Source: Azolla caroliniana (taxonomy: Eukaryota > Plantae > Polypodiophyta). From it: a stretch of DNA of 64,000 bases. Positions 61,903-64,000 of this stretch are shown here, piece by piece. Made by a program: the position numbers and the translations under genes. The notes beneath the pieces are model-generated. The model saw only the letters and a program-made list of their open reading frames with translations, was not told where the DNA came from and made no database searches. Positions within the stretch are counted from its first letter, which is position 1, and each line of letters opens with the position of its first letter. The DNA is taken from assembly GCA_043228905.1 (NCBI GenBank), contig JBHGNT010000001.1, forward strand, positions 14,942,001 through 15,006,000, read 5' to 3'.

Positions 61903-64000
61903 CTCGAAGATCAAAGATATATGTGACTCTTTAGCCTCCATCAATGTGAACTTCGAGGAAGGCGAGATGGTGTAGATCTGTCTTGGGGGATTGGCGTCGA
62001 AGTTTAGAGCGTTCCGAACTGCTATATGTACACGGGAGAATACGCAGTCGTTTTTCGACTTACAGTCAATGCTCCTTATAGAGGAGAACCACACGGGTGC
62101 GTCGACAAGCACGCATGCTGACAGCAAGATTCTGTACACGGAGAGAGATAGGCCCCGTGGTCATGGTGGACGAGGCGAGTCGGTACGCAATGGACGCGAC
62201 CGACGGGATCAAGGAAGAACGCATCGAAGTGATGCCGATAGCAATTCCGGACCCTCCGGAAACAGAGGGAGTCGAGGCGACGAGGACTGGCAAGGGAAAC
62301 CCGCCGCGGAATGCTAGTATTGTGGTAAGAAAGGCCACAGGGAGAGCGAGTGCTGGAAAAATCGCTCTAATTCGGAGAGAACCAGGTCCAGATCCGGTTC
62401 CGGACAGATCGATAAAGGAAATCGGTAGCCATCGCATTACGCTGAAGAATCCGAAAAAGCCGAAAAAGGGTCAGTCTTCGTGACGAGACACGAAGCAAAC
62501 TCAATGAAGAAGATCACCCCGAAGTTAGAGTAGGTGTGGTACGTTGACTCCGGCGCGTCAAACTACATGACGTGCCACAAGGAGTGGTTCTCGTACCTGG
62601 AAAAACCGATGCAACCGGGAGTAGTCGCAACCGGAGACGACACTCCGCATCCGATCACAAATGTCCGTGAAGTTCCCTTGAGCCATGTCGGGCAGAAAGG
62701 GGAACTTATGAATTTGCTACACGTCCCCACAATCACGAAGAATCTGCTGTCGGTCGGGCAGATCGTCGACCAGGGGATACAAGTCCGGTTTACGCATCTT
62801 GGGTGCTTCATCGAGGAAGAAGGTCGAGTTATTGCGCAGGGGCGCAGAGACGGGAGGATATTTATCCTCGACTCTAGTGACGGTGGCACCGCAATATTCA
62901 CGAAAGGACAAAAAGTCAAGTCGGACATCGCCTTATGGCACAAGTGGATAGGCCACATCAACTATCAACGGCTTTAGGACTTGCAATCGAAACAGGTGGT
63001 ATTTGGATTGCCTAGATTTAGTGGCCGAGAGGAACAAATTTGTAAAGCCTACCAACTCCGGAAGCAACACCGATTTCCCTTCCCTAACGAGCATAATCGG
63101 AGCCGGAACAAGCTCGACTTGATACCTTCCGATGCATGGGGGCCGGCAAACAACGTTAGTCTTGGCGAGAGTCGATATTTCGTCTCCTTCATCGACGACT
63201 ATACGCGGCACACGTGGATCTACCTCATTGAGAAGAAGAGTGAAGTCTTCGACTGTTTCTGGGACCTTAAAGGGTTTGTGGAAACGAAAACAGGACGAAA
63301 GATCAAGTGCCTACGGTCAAATGGCGGAAAAGAGTACTTTTCTGGTCAATTCAACGGCTATTTGCAATAGATGGGAATTCGACACGAATTCAGTTGTAGA
63401 TACACGCCGGTGCAAAACGGCATGGCCGAGAGGAAGAATCGGTCGATTGTGGAAGCGGCGCGGGCAATGCTAGAAGAAAAGAGCATGCCCAAGTTCTATT
63501 CGACCGAGGCTGTACAAACCGCGGTATACATCCATAATCGGATCGGAGAAAAAGTGTCGCCGCATGAGTAGTATTTCAGAAGGAAGCTGAATCTACGACA
63601 CTTGAGAATTTTCAGTAGGATTGTGTATGTGCATATACCGAAGGAGAAAAGGAGGAAGTTGGACGCGAAAGCCGAGAAGTGTATCTTGGTCGGCTATTCG
63701 GACGAGCAGAAGGGTTATAAATGTTATAACCCACGCACTAAACAAGCGCACGAGAGCCGCGATGTTGTGTTTGACGAGTTTGTGTCCTGGTACTTGCTTC
63801 CGACTCCGGAACTCACCTCCAATCCGAGTTCTGATGATGAGGTCAGTGAGGCCGAGGTGCCTCCGGATGAGCCTGAAATCGGGACCCGCGAAGAGAGTCT
63901 GACTTTAGTTCGCTTAAGCGGACCGAATGTACGACTGAGTCGGTTCGACTAGTCCGATGAAGAGCCGGCGAGTAGTGGACACTCGACCGTGCATTCCCCG
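61903..64000 (+). mobile_element. copia L (family 2), 5'-truncated gag-PR-integrase, runs off the window
   Basis: Abrupt junction from F RT into SKIKDICDSL, with no LTR or PBS. Confidence 0.9.

Overview
Gene-free plant nuclear heterochromatin made almost entirely of nested LTR retrotransposons plus one plastid-DNA insertion (NUPT). Nest 1 (248-26647): a Tork/Tnt1-like copia (A) has its gag split by a plastid rpl2'-rps19-rpl22-rps3 fragment, which is itself split by copia B. A's protease region holds gypsy C, and gypsy D sits inside C. 26650-32440 is a scrambled zone of copia and gypsy fragments. Nest 2 (about 32440-61900): copia F hosts a non-coding unit G (which contains chromovirus H and copia I, with copia J inside I), a gypsy solo LTR and copia K. 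A truncated copy L runs off the window end. The NUPT shows unedited ACG and TAA codons, which suggests a fern/hornwort-type plastome (inference). The most unusual signal is a gypsy lineage with four insertions here. It has TGTCGT...CGACA LTRs and a tRNA-Trp PBS. Gag-protease is separated from Pol by a conserved G_GAU_UUU -1 slippery site and a covarying stem-loop/pseudoknot. Its target duplications are 4 bp and always CpG-centred. All coordinates were read by eye and no database searches were run.
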